From Desulfatiglandales bacterium (lineage in GTDB: Bacteria > Desulfobacterota > DSM-4660 > Desulfatiglandales > Desulfatiglandaceae): a stretch of DNA of 64,000 nucleotides. Shown here one piece after another: positions 42,422-52,490 of this stretch. The translations under genes and the position numbers were made by a program. The stretch is taken from contig OY762721.1 of the NCBI GenBank assembly GCA_963666345.1, positions 608,001 to 672,000 on the forward strand, read 5' to 3'. The notes under the pieces are model-generated. The model saw nothing but the letters and a program-made list of their open reading frames with translations, ran no database searches and had not been told where the DNA came from. Position 1 is the stretch's first letter. Each line of letters begins with the position of its first letter.

Positions 42422-44107
42422 TCAAATTCGAGGCGAAACTTCAAAAACCCCGATCTCATTGTCAAGGAACATAAGATTCAGTTCCCCTTTAAATAAATCT
42501 TTAAGCACCCTCTTGCCGCCCTCTTCAAAAAGATCATTGCTCCATTTATTCAGAAAACCCAGATGTGCGATAATATGGGTTATATCCCTATGCCTCAACC
42601 TCTCCAGCAGGCGTTGCGAATCCCCCCCGGCGGATTTTACCTGTCTATAGAGCCAGTCCACCTCCGCCGGGGTATCGGGTATGTAGTCCCTTTTACAATA
42701 GTAACCTCTCTTACCCAAAAAGACAAACAGGATAAGCGAATGTTCAGGCAGGTTACGGTTTGCGTACTGAATTGAAGGATACTCAGGTCTGTACCGGGTG
42801 ATGTACTCATCCCTGTCCGTTTTACCAGAAATATAGGAAAAGGGTCCTACATACTTGAACTGGTCCAAGACATAGAACAAATTCAACAAAAGGGAAAAAA
42901 CAACCGCAAAAATTACCGGAAGCGATCGTGACGTTTTCCAGCGAACTGATTTTACCGCTTTCAGGGAGGTGACCGACCTTTCTATGCCAAGCGTAGACAA
43001 TATAATCAGAGGTCCTATCAGAGGAGATAGGTATCTTATCCTCATAACAGTGCCGAAAAAGGAGAAAAGCAGAATAAGGATGGAAAAGGCAAGAAGAATT
43101 TTCTTTTCCCTCTCCAGTCCGGGAGGGCCTCTTTTAACCCTTATAAAACCAAGCATTGGAAATATAAGCAGAAAGGGATTGAGTCTTCCGTCGAATAGGC
43201 GGGGGTCCCCATCTTTTCCCTGGAAAAAAATCCTGACCGGCACAAGGGCAATCTGCCACCATTTTTCCTTGTAAATAATACTTCTATAGGCAAAGTGACC
43301 CTTTGGATGTGCCAGGGATGCATCCCTACGATCGATGTCTGAGCCGGGAAAGGTGCTGCCTGCATTGAATCTTTCTTCATAAAGGGGGTAAAAGGGATTA
43401 TTGGTCCATATATAATTTCTTATCATCCAGGGTGAGAAAATAAGAAGCGCTATCGAGAGAAACAGTGCTCCACACCACAAAGACTTTGCGAACCCGAATT
43501 TTCCGCTCCCGCTGAATCTCGCATGGATAAACAAGACAAAAAGTGTCAGAAATACCAAAACGGCAATGCCGTTATATTTGGTTCCCAGCCCAAGGCCGCA
43601 GCAGAGAGCGGACAATATAAGAAATTTCGCCTTAAATTCCTTTTGGATCCATTTCAGTATCAACAGAACCGATGCCGTCGAAAAAAATGTGAGCCCCAGA
43701 TCCACATATGCGGTTATGGAAAGCTTTATTACGACCGGCAGAGAAAGGAATAACAAGGCACCCAAAAGGGCATAAATCTTATCGGATCTTGTTTTAAGGT
43801 AATGATAGATCAGCAGGGCCGTCAAAAGTGCAAAGGAAAAATGTATGAATTTGGGGGCTATATCGTTTCCAAGATAAAGAGCGATCAGATACAGCAGATC
43901 CAGATTCATCGGATAATAGGAATATGGCATGGAAGGTATTTCAAAGATATTTCCGTGCTTCAAGTAAAGCTCGGGGACTGCCAGATGATGGACTAACGCA
44001 TCTTTGCTGACAGGCGGAACAAGACTGAGGAAAATGACAGAGGAAATAAGCAGAAGCAGAAGACCCGTCAAAAATATTTTCAAAAAAGTTTCATGTCTTG
44101 CCGACAT
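42422..44107 (-). CDS. GT-C fold membrane glycosyltransferase (ArnT/PMT-like)
   Basis: About 11 TM segments, DALVHHL, YVDL, TKYNG, NPFYP, RYL. Confidence 0.72.
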   Translation of the reverse strand: MSARHETFLKIFLTGLLLLLISSVIFLSLVPPVSKDALVHHLAVPELYLKHGNIFEIPSMPYSYYPMNLDLLYLIALYLGNDIAPKFIHFSFALLTALLIYHYLKTRSDKIYALLGALLFLSLPVVIKLSITAYVDLGLTFFSTASVLLILKWIQKEFKAKFLILSALCCGLGLGTKYNGIAVLVFLTLFVLFIHARFSGSGKFGFAKSLWCGALFLSIALLIFSPWMIRNYIWTNNPFYPLYEERFNAGSTFPGSDIDRRDASLAHPKGHFAYRSIIYKEKWWQIALVPVRIFFQGKDGDPRLFDGRLNPFLLIFPMLGFIRVKRGPPGLEREKKILLAFSILILLFSFFGTVMRIRYLSPLIGPLIILSTLGIERSVTSLKAVKSVRWKTSRSLPVIFAVVFSLLLNLFYVLDQFKYVGPFSYISGKTDRDEYITRYRPEYPSIQYANRNLPEHSLILFVFLGKRGYYCKRDYIPDTPAEVDWLYRQVKSAGGDSQRLLERLRHRDITHIIAHLGFLNKWSNDLFEEGGKRVLKDLFKGELNLMFLDNEIGVFEVSPRI

Positions 44108-44148
44108 CTGGTAAAGCCTCTAAGAGTTAATAATCCGGCACGTTTCGA

Positions 44149-45957
44149 TTACCGATCTTGATCGGATATCCTTTTATTTATTCCTTTAATCATAAGATCA
44201 ATGTGAAGCCTCTTCCACTCAGAAGACGGGATCATATCCATATGCCCCATGGCATTTGAAAAATCCCCCAGTCTTATGTATGCCATGGCCAGGTTCTTTC
44301 TTAACAAAGAGGATTCGCCTGACAATTCCAGGCCCCTGTTCAACACCTCTATTGCGGCTTGATATTGGCCCTTTGCTCCGTGGCTTGAGCCCAGATTAGC
44401 CCAGAAATCAGATCGATCGGGGCAGAGATAAACCGCCTTTTCAAAATATCTCAAGGCCCTGTCATAATTCTTCGTCTTAAAAAAAACAGTCCCGAAATTG
44501 TTTAAGACCAACCCCTTTTGATCTGAGGTAAGATATTTCAAAGAGGCCTTTTCCAGATAAGGCAGGGCACTTTCATACCGACCCGTCTCGATTAGTAAAA
44601 CGGCATAGTTTAGGAGGACCTCACCTCCGGGATATTTTTCAAGGGCGACCTTGAGGTATTTTTCCGCCTCCCGGTATTTTTTCTTCTCAAGCAGATTTAT
44701 ACCCAGACCTCCTGAATAAAAATGGTTGTCAAACACAATAACTTCCTGAGAAAAGAAAGAATTCTCATCCTTCCATAGATTTTTATTCAATATATAGGAA
44801 TAGGAGCCAAAATAAAAAGTTATGATCAAAAGCATGGAGTTGACCAGAAAGGATCTTGACATGAGAGGCGCTTTCAATTTCCCGGCAATCAGCATTATAA
44901 AAGGTAGCGGGAAATAGAGCCATCTCATGGATATAAGAGTAACCGCCGATGTCTTTATAAGATTTAAGACGGGAAAAATTGCAATAATAAAACAGATGAG
45001 AGGAAGACAAATAAATCTGTCCCTTCTTTTCGTCCAAACAGCATATATGATCATGATCATGCCTGCAATCCCTGCCAGCCCCCTCCAGTCAGAATAATCA
45101 CAAGGATATCGGACGATAAAACTGTGGAGATCGTGGGGCAAAAATAGAAGTTTCAGGTTATAAATAATAAGATAGGGAGCAAAATAGATTCTTTCGATTA
45201 TATTTCCTGTCTCCGCAGCGGTTGTCCACGTGCCTGTTATCCCCTTTTTCAGCAAAAGATAGGAAGCAAGGATTATTATAAAAGGGACATAACCGATGAA
45301 TTCCAATTTATAATCCTTTTTTGTAACGTCAAGGAGTCGGTTAAAGACGAACAATAAAGGCGGGATCATAAAGGCAAATTCCTTTGAGGCCAGGGCCGTT
45401 GCAAAGAAAATCAGGGATAAGGTATACTTCGTCCAAGAGGCTTCTTCTCGGCCGCGGAGATATAAATATATACAGGCAATCGAAAAAAAGGTAACAAGGA
45501 TATTGTTCCTCGAAACTATAAAAGATATCGCTTCAGTGTTTACGGGATGAAGCGCAAACAGCGCAGAACCCCAAAAAGCGGGAAGGGTCTCACTGAACAG
45601 CTGCCTTAGGATATAAAAAAGTAGAATAGACGTAGCCATATGAAAAAGGATGTTAGTCAGCCTGAAACCGCAGGCATTTAACCCCCAGATCATGAAGTCC
45701 AAACGATAGGTCAGATTGACCAGCGGCCTATAATAACCCGTATGATAGGGGGCTTCATTTTTTCCGTCTATTATCGAGTCTTCCTGACTGAGATAAGATG
45801 ACAGGGAATGCCCCTGCCTCAGGTATCTGTTATTTTCGATCAAGGGTCTGTCATCAAGGATGAAACCGCCTGACAGGATAGGATGATAAGCCAGTAAAAT
45901 CAAAAGGGGGCAAACCATATAGGGTAACCACAAATGTTTTTCCGGTTTCATAAACAT
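44149..45957 (-). CDS. TMTC-like GT-C protein glycosyltransferase with C-terminal TPRs
   Basis: FILDD, YYRP, FALHPVNTEAISFIVSR, SKE, RWLYFP, then TPR repeats. Confidence 0.8.
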   Translation of the reverse strand: MFMKPEKHLWLPYMVCPLLILLAYHPILSGGFILDDRPLIENNRYLRQGHSLSSYLSQEDSIIDGKNEAPYHTGYYRPLVNLTYRLDFMIWGLNACGFRLTNILFHMATSILLFYILRQLFSETLPAFWGSALFALHPVNTEAISFIVSRNNILVTFFSIACIYLYLRGREEASWTKYTLSLIFFATALASKEFAFMIPPLLFVFNRLLDVTKKDYKLEFIGYVPFIIILASYLLLKKGITGTWTTAAETGNIIERIYFAPYLIIYNLKLLFLPHDLHSFIVRYPCDYSDWRGLAGIAGMIMIIYAVWTKRRDRFICLPLICFIIAIFPVLNLIKTSAVTLISMRWLYFPLPFIMLIAGKLKAPLMSRSFLVNSMLLIITFYFGSYSYILNKNLWKDENSFFSQEVIVFDNHFYSGGLGINLLEKKKYREAEKYLKVALEKYPGGEVLLNYAVLLIETGRYESALPYLEKASLKYLTSDQKGLVLNNFGTVFFKTKNYDRALRYFEKAVYLCPDRSDFWANLGSSHGAKGQYQAAIEVLNRGLELSGESSLLRKNLAMAYIRLGDFSNAMGHMDMIPSSEWKRLHIDLMIKGINKRISDQDR

Positions 45958-45987
45958 CTTTGTTGCCGCCTCTAAAAGGATATAGAT

Positions 45988-48120
45988 ATGAGGATATTTG
46001 AGTTGAATAAGTCATTATATCTGTCGGATTGCAGAAGAACAGTATTCATTTGCATCTCAGCATTCATCCTTATTCTATTGACCTATTCCAACACCTTCCA
46101 GGCCTCCTGGCATTTTGATGATAAACCAAATATACTGAACAGAGAGGCCATGCAGTTAACCGAACTTTCCTTCTCAAATATTGAAAAAACATTTTACCAC
46201 AAAGGCCAGATCTACAGACCATTTTCATGCCTGAGTCTGGCGCTTAACTACTATATCGGCCGAACGGATGTAACAGGATACCACCTGGTCAACACATCTA
46301 TTCATTGCCTGGCATCTATATTTTTATATCTATTAATATATCAGATCCTCAATCTACCAACTCTGGACGGCAGATACGAAAAGACGGCTCATTCCATAGC
46401 CCTTGTTGCCGCGCTTCTTTGGGCGATAAATCCGGTTCAGACTCAGGCCGTTACCTATATAGTACAAAGAATGGCCTCTATGGCCGCACTCTTTTACATT
46501 ATGGCCATGTACCTCTACATAAAAGGAAGAATTGCTGAAAACGCCTTTAAGAAATTTTTTTTCTTTCTTCTATGCCTATCTGCGGCCATTCTTGCTATCG
46601 GGTCAAAGGAAAATGCCGCAATGATTCCGATCAGCCTTTTCTTATTAGAACTGTTCCTGATTCAAGGGATATCGAATGTGAATCTGAGGTCAAGTTTACT
46701 GATATTAATAGCACTCATCCTTCTTCCTTTACTGGCAGTGCTTCTTCTAAGAGGCCCTTCCACCTTTGACCCCTCATACCTCTCAGCCTTTTATGAAGCA
46801 AAACCCTTCAGCATGTCAGAGAGACTTCTGACCGAACCGAGGATAATACTCTTTTATCTCTCTCTTTTGTTTTATCCTATGCCCGAAAGACTTTCCATAA
46901 GCCATGACATTTCTTTATCTCAAGGCCTTTTTGACCCGGCCACCACAATAATCTCAATTGCCGCCATAGGGCTGATCATACTGGCATGTCTGATCAGTGC
47001 AAGGAGATTGCCTTTAACGTCCTACTGCGTAATATTTTTTTTCCTGAACCATTTGATGGAATCTACGGTCTTCCCGCTTGAGCTCGTTTTCGAACACAGG
47101 AATTATCTGCCATCGATGCTTTTATTTGTGCCGCTGGCAGTCCTCATAATAGAAGGCCTTCTTTTCTTTGAAAAAAAGATTTACATGCAAGTCATCATCG
47201 CTTCATTTCCCGCCTTACTTTTGATTGGCTATGGACACAGCACCTATATTCGTAATTTCGTATGGCAAAGTGAGGGTACTCTCTGGAAAGACGCAGCAAT
47301 AAAAGCGCCCAAGCTCGCCAGGCCTCATAACAATCTCGGGAAATTCTATTTTGAAAACGGCCTGTTTGAAAAGGCATTCATGGAACATCAAAAGGCATTA
47401 TCAGGGAAATGCCTTCACCGGAAAAATGAGCACCATCTGACATATTACAACCTCGGCCTGGAATACCAGAGAAGAGGTGACCTGGACCTAGCTCTCAAAT
47501 ACTACAGGATTTCAGAAAATATAAGGCCCGATTATGCAAAACTGCAAAACAATATAGGAACCATACTTCTTGAAAAGGGTCAACCGGAGGAGGCTGCAAA
47601 GGCCTTTAGAAAGGCGGTCAATTCACACCCGACAAATTCCATATACAGCAAAAACCTCGGTTTCGTACTTCTGGAATCGGGTCTGATCAAAAAAGCGTCC
47701 GGCAGTTTTTTACAGGCCCTTGAGGTCAATCCCCATGACCAGGCAGCCCTTAAGGGCCTTGGTTACATAAACAGGTTAATCGGCAATCTAGGCACATCGC
47801 TTATTCAGTTTAAAAAAGCCCTTAGATACGATCCGATCGACCCGACCATACTCCTGTATATGGCAGAGATCTTTCTTGCTAAAAATGACAGTGCAACGGC
47901 TCGGAGCCTTATAAATGAATTCACAAAAACCGGAAACAAGATAGACCTGAATGAATATATTGACGGACTGATCAGCCCCAAAGGAAAGGAAGATGATTAT
48001 GATGCGGTTTACCGCAAAAAAGTCGTACTGAAATTGCTCTCAAATGAATTCAACGAAAAGGCTTCTGATCTTTCCCGCAGGGCAAAACATGTCCTGTCGT
48101 CTCTTGAATATATGAAATAG
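45988..48120 (+). CDS. TMTC-like GT-C protein glycosyltransferase with C-terminal TPRs
   Basis: WHFDD, YRP, INPVQTQAVTYIVQR, SKENA, EHRNYLPS, then several TPRs. Confidence 0.82.
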   Translation: MRIFELNKSLYLSDCRRTVFICISAFILILLTYSNTFQASWHFDDKPNILNREAMQLTELSFSNIEKTFYHKGQIYRPFSCLSLALNYYIGRTDVTGYHLVNTSIHCLASIFLYLLIYQILNLPTLDGRYEKTAHSIALVAALLWAINPVQTQAVTYIVQRMASMAALFYIMAMYLYIKGRIAENAFKKFFFFLLCLSAAILAIGSKENAAMIPISLFLLELFLIQGISNVNLRSSLLILIALILLPLLAVLLLRGPSTFDPSYLSAFYEAKPFSMSERLLTEPRIILFYLSLLFYPMPERLSISHDISLSQGLFDPATTIISIAAIGLIILACLISARRLPLTSYCVIFFFLNHLMESTVFPLELVFEHRNYLPSMLLFVPLAVLIIEGLLFFEKKIYMQVIIASFPALLLIGYGHSTYIRNFVWQSEGTLWKDAAIKAPKLARPHNNLGKFYFENGLFEKAFMEHQKALSGKCLHRKNEHHLTYYNLGLEYQRRGDLDLALKYYRISENIRPDYAKLQNNIGTILLEKGQPEEAAKAFRKAVNSHPTNSIYSKNLGFVLLESGLIKKASGSFLQALEVNPHDQAALKGLGYINRLIGNLGTSLIQFKKALRYDPIDPTILLYMAEIFLAKNDSATARSLINEFTKTGNKIDLNEYIDGLISPKGKEDDYDAVYRKKVVLKLLSNEFNEKASDLSRRAKHVLSSLEYMK

Positions 48121-48134
48121 GCCATAATACGCAT

Positions 48135-48174
48135 AAAAAAACACGAATGCCTGTGTTTAACCAGGCATTCGTGT
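48135..48174 (-). terminator. Intrinsic terminator of pilA
   Basis: 13-bp stem ACACGAATGCCTG/CAGGCATTCGTGT with a T7 tract on the minus strand, between convergent genes. Confidence 0.85.
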
Positions 48175-48198
48175 GCAATAAGCTTGACAAACCCTATA

Positions 48199-48588
48199 TT
48201 ACAACGCTGGGCTATTAGGCGTAATATCGCCGCCAGGTCCTGTAACCGTATAGGTGTGCGTACCGCCTGCGTGAACGGCTGTTGCGGCGAATGAAGTTCC
48301 ATCCGCGCCTGTAATTGTGACTGTTACGTTTTTGGATGAGCCTATAAAACCGGCATCTGAAAGATTTGCGATGGTAGACGTATAGGTGTTGTTATCGGTA
48401 TGGTAGACCTCCTGCGCGGTTGCCAGATTCTTGAGATCCGACATGGATGCAGAGTTACCCGCCCTCTTCTTGTAATTTGTGAATTGCGGGATCGCAATAG
48501 CAGCAAGAATCCCGATAATTGCGATAACGATCATCAACTCAATGAGAGTAAAACCCTTTTCATTATTTCTTGTCATTTTTGAAAGCAT
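48199..48588 (-). CDS. pilA: Type IVa major pilin
   Basis: Class III signal [24 protein letters not shown], own RBS (AAGGAGG), terminator, adjacent pilR. Confidence 0.93.
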   Translation of the reverse strand: MLSKMTRNNEKGFTLIELMIVIAIIGILAAIAIPQFTNYKKRAGNSASMSDLKNLATAQEVYHTDNNTYTSTIANLSDAGFIGSSKNVTVTITGADGTSFAATAVHAGGTHTYTVTGPGGDITPNSPAL

Positions 48589-48719
48589 TTTTTCCTCCTT
48601 TAATGAAATTGTTTATCATCTGGGCAACAAAACGCTACCCCCTATCTTAACCTGCAGACCAAATTAGACTGTCTTTTCTCTTCACTTTTTGCACCGACGT
48701 ATTATTTATAAATAATTAA

Positions 48720-48735
48720 TACAATTAGCATGCCA
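48720..48735 (-). promoter_or_regulatory. sigma54 -24/-12 promoter of pilA
   Basis: TGGCATG-CTAA-TTGTA on the minus strand (consensus TGGCACG-N4-TTGCW, with GT at -12). Confidence 0.65.
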
Positions 48736-48849
48736 AAAGATACAACAAAACAAATTATTACAATATACTATGTTAAATCAATATATTACATACTATTAAT
48801 ATCGAGCTTTCCTTTATCGGCAGGCTAGAATAAAGCAGAGAGGCCGACA

Positions 48850-48889
48850 TAAATAACAATTTTTGGCATCTAAATAACAATTTTTGGCA
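48850..48889. promoter_or_regulatory. Tandem 19-bp direct repeat, probable PilR upstream activating sequences
   Basis: TAAATAACAATTTTTGGCA at 48850 and 48871, about 115-155 bp upstream of the sigma54 site. Confidence 0.65.
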
Positions 48890-48907
48890 AATCTTCTTCC
48901 CGTGCAC

Positions 48908-50284
48908 TCAAAGGCCCAGTTTTTCAAGGCGATATCTAAAAGACCGCATGCTTAAGCCAAGGAGGTCTGCGGCTTTCTGTTTGGACCCCTGGGCCGTTCG
49001 AATCGCCTGAAGGATCATATCTTTTTCAATATCGGCCAGAACCAGATCAAGATTTATCCCCTCAGGCCCGATATCTGTTTTTCTTCTGCTGCCCTGAACC
49101 CTTCTCGACCTGAAATTTGAAAGGGTCAGGCTTTCGGGAAGTACAATATTTGAAGCCTCCAAGGCAACGCTTCTCTCTATTATATTTTCCAACTCTCTTA
49201 CATTTCCGGGAAAGCTGTACTGAAGAAGAATATCAAGAGCATAGGCGGATATTTTTCTTATTTCCTTTCCCAATTCCATGGAATATATCTCCAGAAAATA
49301 CTGAGCAAGCAAAGGGAGGTCACCCTCCCTTTGCCTCAGAGGAGGCATCTCCAGATGGATTACATTAAGCCTGAAATATAGGTCTTCTCTGAATCTGTTT
49401 TCCATGACCTCTTTTTCAAGGTTCCTGTTTGTGGCAGAGATAAAACGGACGTCAACACTTTTCTCCTCGATCCCTCCTAAGGCGGTGAAGGTCCTCTCCT
49501 GAATAACCCGGAGGAGTTTAACCTGAATGGCCGGAGTCAACTCGCCTACTTCATCCAGGAAGACCGTCCCTCCGTCGGCCACACCGAAAAGACCCTCCTT
49601 GTCTGTATTGGCTCCCGTAAAGGCGCCCTTCTTGTAACCGAAAAGCTCACTTTCTATGAGGTTTTCAGGTATCCCGGCACAATTTATGACTATAAACGGT
49701 TTTTCCTTTCTGGAGCTAATGCCGTGTATAGCCTTGGCGACCAACTCCTTTCCTGTGCCGCTTTCACCCGATATGAGGATATTGGTTTTGGTCCTTGCAA
49801 CCCGCTCTATCAGATCATAGAGCTTCTTCATCTGAGGGCTTTCACCCACCAGGCAGTCGAAATGATAACGACCTTTCTGTTTACCTCTGTGTTCCGTCAG
49901 GCAATTGTTTTTGGGTAAAAGGGCGTCTTTGACAATTTTCTTGAAATCTATGACCTTAAAAGGCTTCGGGATGTAATCATAGGCACCTTCCCTCATGGCC
50001 TCGACAGCCGTTTCGGCAGTTGCAAATGCAGATATAAGCACGACAACTGTTTCAGGGTTTTCTCTCTTGGCCTTTTTTAACACTCCTATGCCGTCTATGT
50101 CCTCCATCCGGATGTCAGTAACCACAAGGTCAAAGGCCTCTTTCTCAAGGAGTTCACATGCCTTTTCACCATTCTCGGCAAGAGAAACCCGGTAACCTTC
50201 CTTGGAAAGCAAAATTTCCAGAAACTCCCGCATACTTGCCTCATCGTCAACAACCAGTATGCTATAGGCCTCTTTCCCAGACAA
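48908..50284 (-). CDS. pilR: Sigma54-dependent response regulator PilR (NtrC family)
   Basis: Receiver domain, GESGTGKE, ESELFG, GAFTGA, FPGNVRELEN, Fis HTH ending RSFRYRLEKLG. Adjacent to pilA. Confidence 0.88.
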   Translation of the reverse strand: MSGKEAYSILVVDDEASMREFLEILLSKEGYRVSLAENGEKACELLEKEAFDLVVTDIRMEDIDGIGVLKKAKRENPETVVVLISAFATAETAVEAMREGAYDYIPKPFKVIDFKKIVKDALLPKNNCLTEHRGKQKGRYHFDCLVGESPQMKKLYDLIERVARTKTNILISGESGTGKELVAKAIHGISSRKEKPFIVINCAGIPENLIESELFGYKKGAFTGANTDKEGLFGVADGGTVFLDEVGELTPAIQVKLLRVIQERTFTALGGIEEKSVDVRFISATNRNLEKEVMENRFREDLYFRLNVIHLEMPPLRQREGDLPLLAQYFLEIYSMELGKEIRKISAYALDILLQYSFPGNVRELENIIERSVALEASNIVLPESLTLSNFRSRRVQGSRRKTDIGPEGINLDLVLADIEKDMILQAIRTAQGSKQKAADLLGLSMRSFRYRLEKLGL

Positions 50285-51551
50285 TTTTACCTCCGATCAT
50301 GGTCAGGTTATTTCTCCCTCTTAGGGTTTCCCCCAAAAAAGGCGTATTTTTACTTTTTGAAAGGATATCTTCCTCTCTCAACTCATATTCATACTCGGTG
50401 TCAATTATGGACAGATCCGCCCTCCCCTTTTCCTGAAGACTCCCGCATGGAATTCCAAGAATAGATGCGGGGTTGTAGGACATCTTTCTGATAGCCTGAG
50501 AAATAGTAAGCACTCCTTGCCTGACAAGACCCAAAACAAGAGGAACGGCAGTTTCGAGCCCAATTATACCGAAGGCGGCTTTGTCAAATTCCACCTGTTT
50601 ATCAAGTGCACTGTGAGGGGCATGATCTGTGGCTATCACATCTATAACACCATCTGCCAACCCCATTTTGACGGCCTCCACATCATCCTCCGTTCTCAGA
50701 GGAGGCTTCATTTTCGTATTCGTGTCATAGCCTCTCACGGCATTATGATTAAGGCTGAAATAGTGAGGAGCTGTTTCCGCAGTAACAGGGACTCCACTCT
50801 CCTTTGCCCTTTTAATAAGCTCAATCGATCCGGCCGAACTGACATGCGCTATATGGACAGGGCAACCTGTAAGTTTTGCAAGGGCTATATCACGAGATAT
50901 CATAATCTCTTCACTCTCTGATGGAATGCCCGGCAAACCTATCTGGGTAGACACCGTCCCCTCGTGCATGACTCCGTTTTCGGAAAGACTAAGGTCCTCG
51001 CAGTGGGAAATCACGGTAAGCCCGTGATAGCTTGCGTACTCAAGTGCCCTCCTCATAATTTCGCTGTTTATTACAGGCAACCCGTCGTCTGAGACCGCAA
51101 CGGCACCTGCTTCTTTAAGATCACCGAATTCGGTAAGGCACTCGCCCAATTGACCTACCGTAATCGCCGCCACGGGATATATTTTGGAAAAATTGTTTTG
51201 ATCGCCTTCCTTGATTATGAATTCCGTAACTGAACGGCAGTCATTTGTAGGTGAAGTATTGGGCATGCATGCCAGGCCGGTAAAACCTCCGGCTGCTCCC
51301 GCCATTGCCCCCGTGAGGATGGTCTCCTTGTATTCATAACCCGGTTCTCTAAGGTGAACATGCATGTCGATCAGACCGGGGACGACAATCCTGTCTGAGG
51401 CGTCGATAATGCAAATCTTCTTATCGTCACGGCTATAAATGCCGGGAGGAATAATTTTCGTTATTCTTTCCCCCTCTATAATAAGATCCCGTTTTTCATT
51501 CATCTCCTTGACTGGATCGATCAACGTTCCACCTTTAATCCAAGTTATCAC
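50262..51551 (-). CDS. pyrC: Dihydroorotase (multifunctional-complex type)
   Basis: [21 protein letters not shown]. Start at GTG 51551 (alternatively 51566). Confidence 0.95.
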   Translation of the reverse strand: MITWIKGGTLIDPVKEMNEKRDLIIEGERITKIIPPGIYSRDDKKICIIDASDRIVVPGLIDMHVHLREPGYEYKETILTGAMAGAAGGFTGLACMPNTSPTNDCRSVTEFIIKEGDQNNFSKIYPVAAITVGQLGECLTEFGDLKEAGAVAVSDDGLPVINSEIMRRALEYASYHGLTVISHCEDLSLSENGVMHEGTVSTQIGLPGIPSESEEIMISRDIALAKLTGCPVHIAHVSSAGSIELIKRAKESGVPVTAETAPHYFSLNHNAVRGYDTNTKMKPPLRTEDDVEAVKMGLADGVIDVIATDHAPHSALDKQVEFDKAAFGIIGLETAVPLVLGLVRQGVLTISQAIRKMSYNPASILGIPCGSLQEKGRADLSIIDTEYEYELREEDILSKSKNTPFLGETLRGRNNLTMIGGKIVWERGL

Positions 51552-52482
51552 TCCTGGCTCCTCCAATTAAGAGATAAAGGATCGCCATTCGCACGGCGAC
51601 CCCGTTGTTAACTTGATCAAGAATTACAGAGCGGACATCCTCCGCAACCTCGGATGTAATTTCCACGCCCCTGTTCATAGGCCCTGGATGCATTATAATG
51701 GCGTCAGACTTGGCATTTTTGATACTTTCACGGTTCAACCCAAAAAACCTGGCATATTCCCTCATACCGGGGAACAACGCCCTGTTCTGTCTTTCAAGTT
51801 GTATCCTAAGAAGCATAATGACATCTTTATCCTTTATGGCCTTGCGGCAGTTGTTCTCGACCTTTACACCCATTGATTCGATATCACAGGGGATCATGGT
51901 GGGGGGACCGGACACCGTAACCGAAGCCCCCATTTTGGTCAATCCGAGGATATTTGATCTTGCTACCCTGCTGTGGGAGATATCGCCCAGGATTACAACA
52001 TCCAAACCTTTTATTTTCCCCTTCTTTTCCCTCATGGTATACAGATCAAGAAGGGCCTGGGTCGGATGCTCATTTATACCGTCACCTGCATTTATAACCC
52101 CGGCTCTCACCTCTCTGGCAAGTATATGAGGCGCTCCGGTTGATGAATGCCTCAATACGATCACATCAGGATTCATTGCCTGAAGGTTTCTGGCCGTATC
52201 TATGAGGGTTTCACCCTTTACCATGCTGCTTCCGCCTGCTGAAAGGCTGAAGGTATCAGCGCTCAGCCTTTTGGCCGCGATTTCAAAAGATGTCCTGGTT
52301 CTTGTGCTTGGTTCATAAAAAAAATTTACCACAGATTTGCCCCTCAGGGTAGGCACCTTCTTTATTTCACGACTGGAGATCTCCTTAAGAGATTCGGCTG
52401 TTTCGAAAATAATCTCCAGATCCTGCACCGAAAGGTCTCCTATTCCCAAAAGGTCTTTATGCTCGAAGCGCTTCACCTGCAA
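51535..52482 (-). CDS. pyrB: Aspartate carbamoyltransferase catalytic subunit
   Basis: [20 protein letters not shown]. Confidence 0.97.
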   Translation of the reverse strand: MQVKRFEHKDLLGIGDLSVQDLEIIFETAESLKEISSREIKKVPTLRGKSVVNFFYEPSTRTRTSFEIAAKRLSADTFSLSAGGSSMVKGETLIDTARNLQAMNPDVIVLRHSSTGAPHILAREVRAGVINAGDGINEHPTQALLDLYTMREKKGKIKGLDVVILGDISHSRVARSNILGLTKMGASVTVSGPPTMIPCDIESMGVKVENNCRKAIKDKDVIMLLRIQLERQNRALFPGMREYARFFGLNRESIKNAKSDAIIMHPGPMNRGVEITSEVAEDVRSVILDQVNNGVAVRMAILYLLIGGARSDNLD

Positions 52483-52490
52483 TCACCTCC

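Noticed and set aside
42152..42628. G7 tracts in the GT2 and GT-C genes as phase-variation switches
   Set aside because: The tracts are short, encode ordinary Gly codons, and both frames are intact.
48850..48889. Direct repeat as a CRISPR remnant
   Set aside because: Two 19-bp copies 2 bp apart, no spacer and no cas genes; fits activator sites better.
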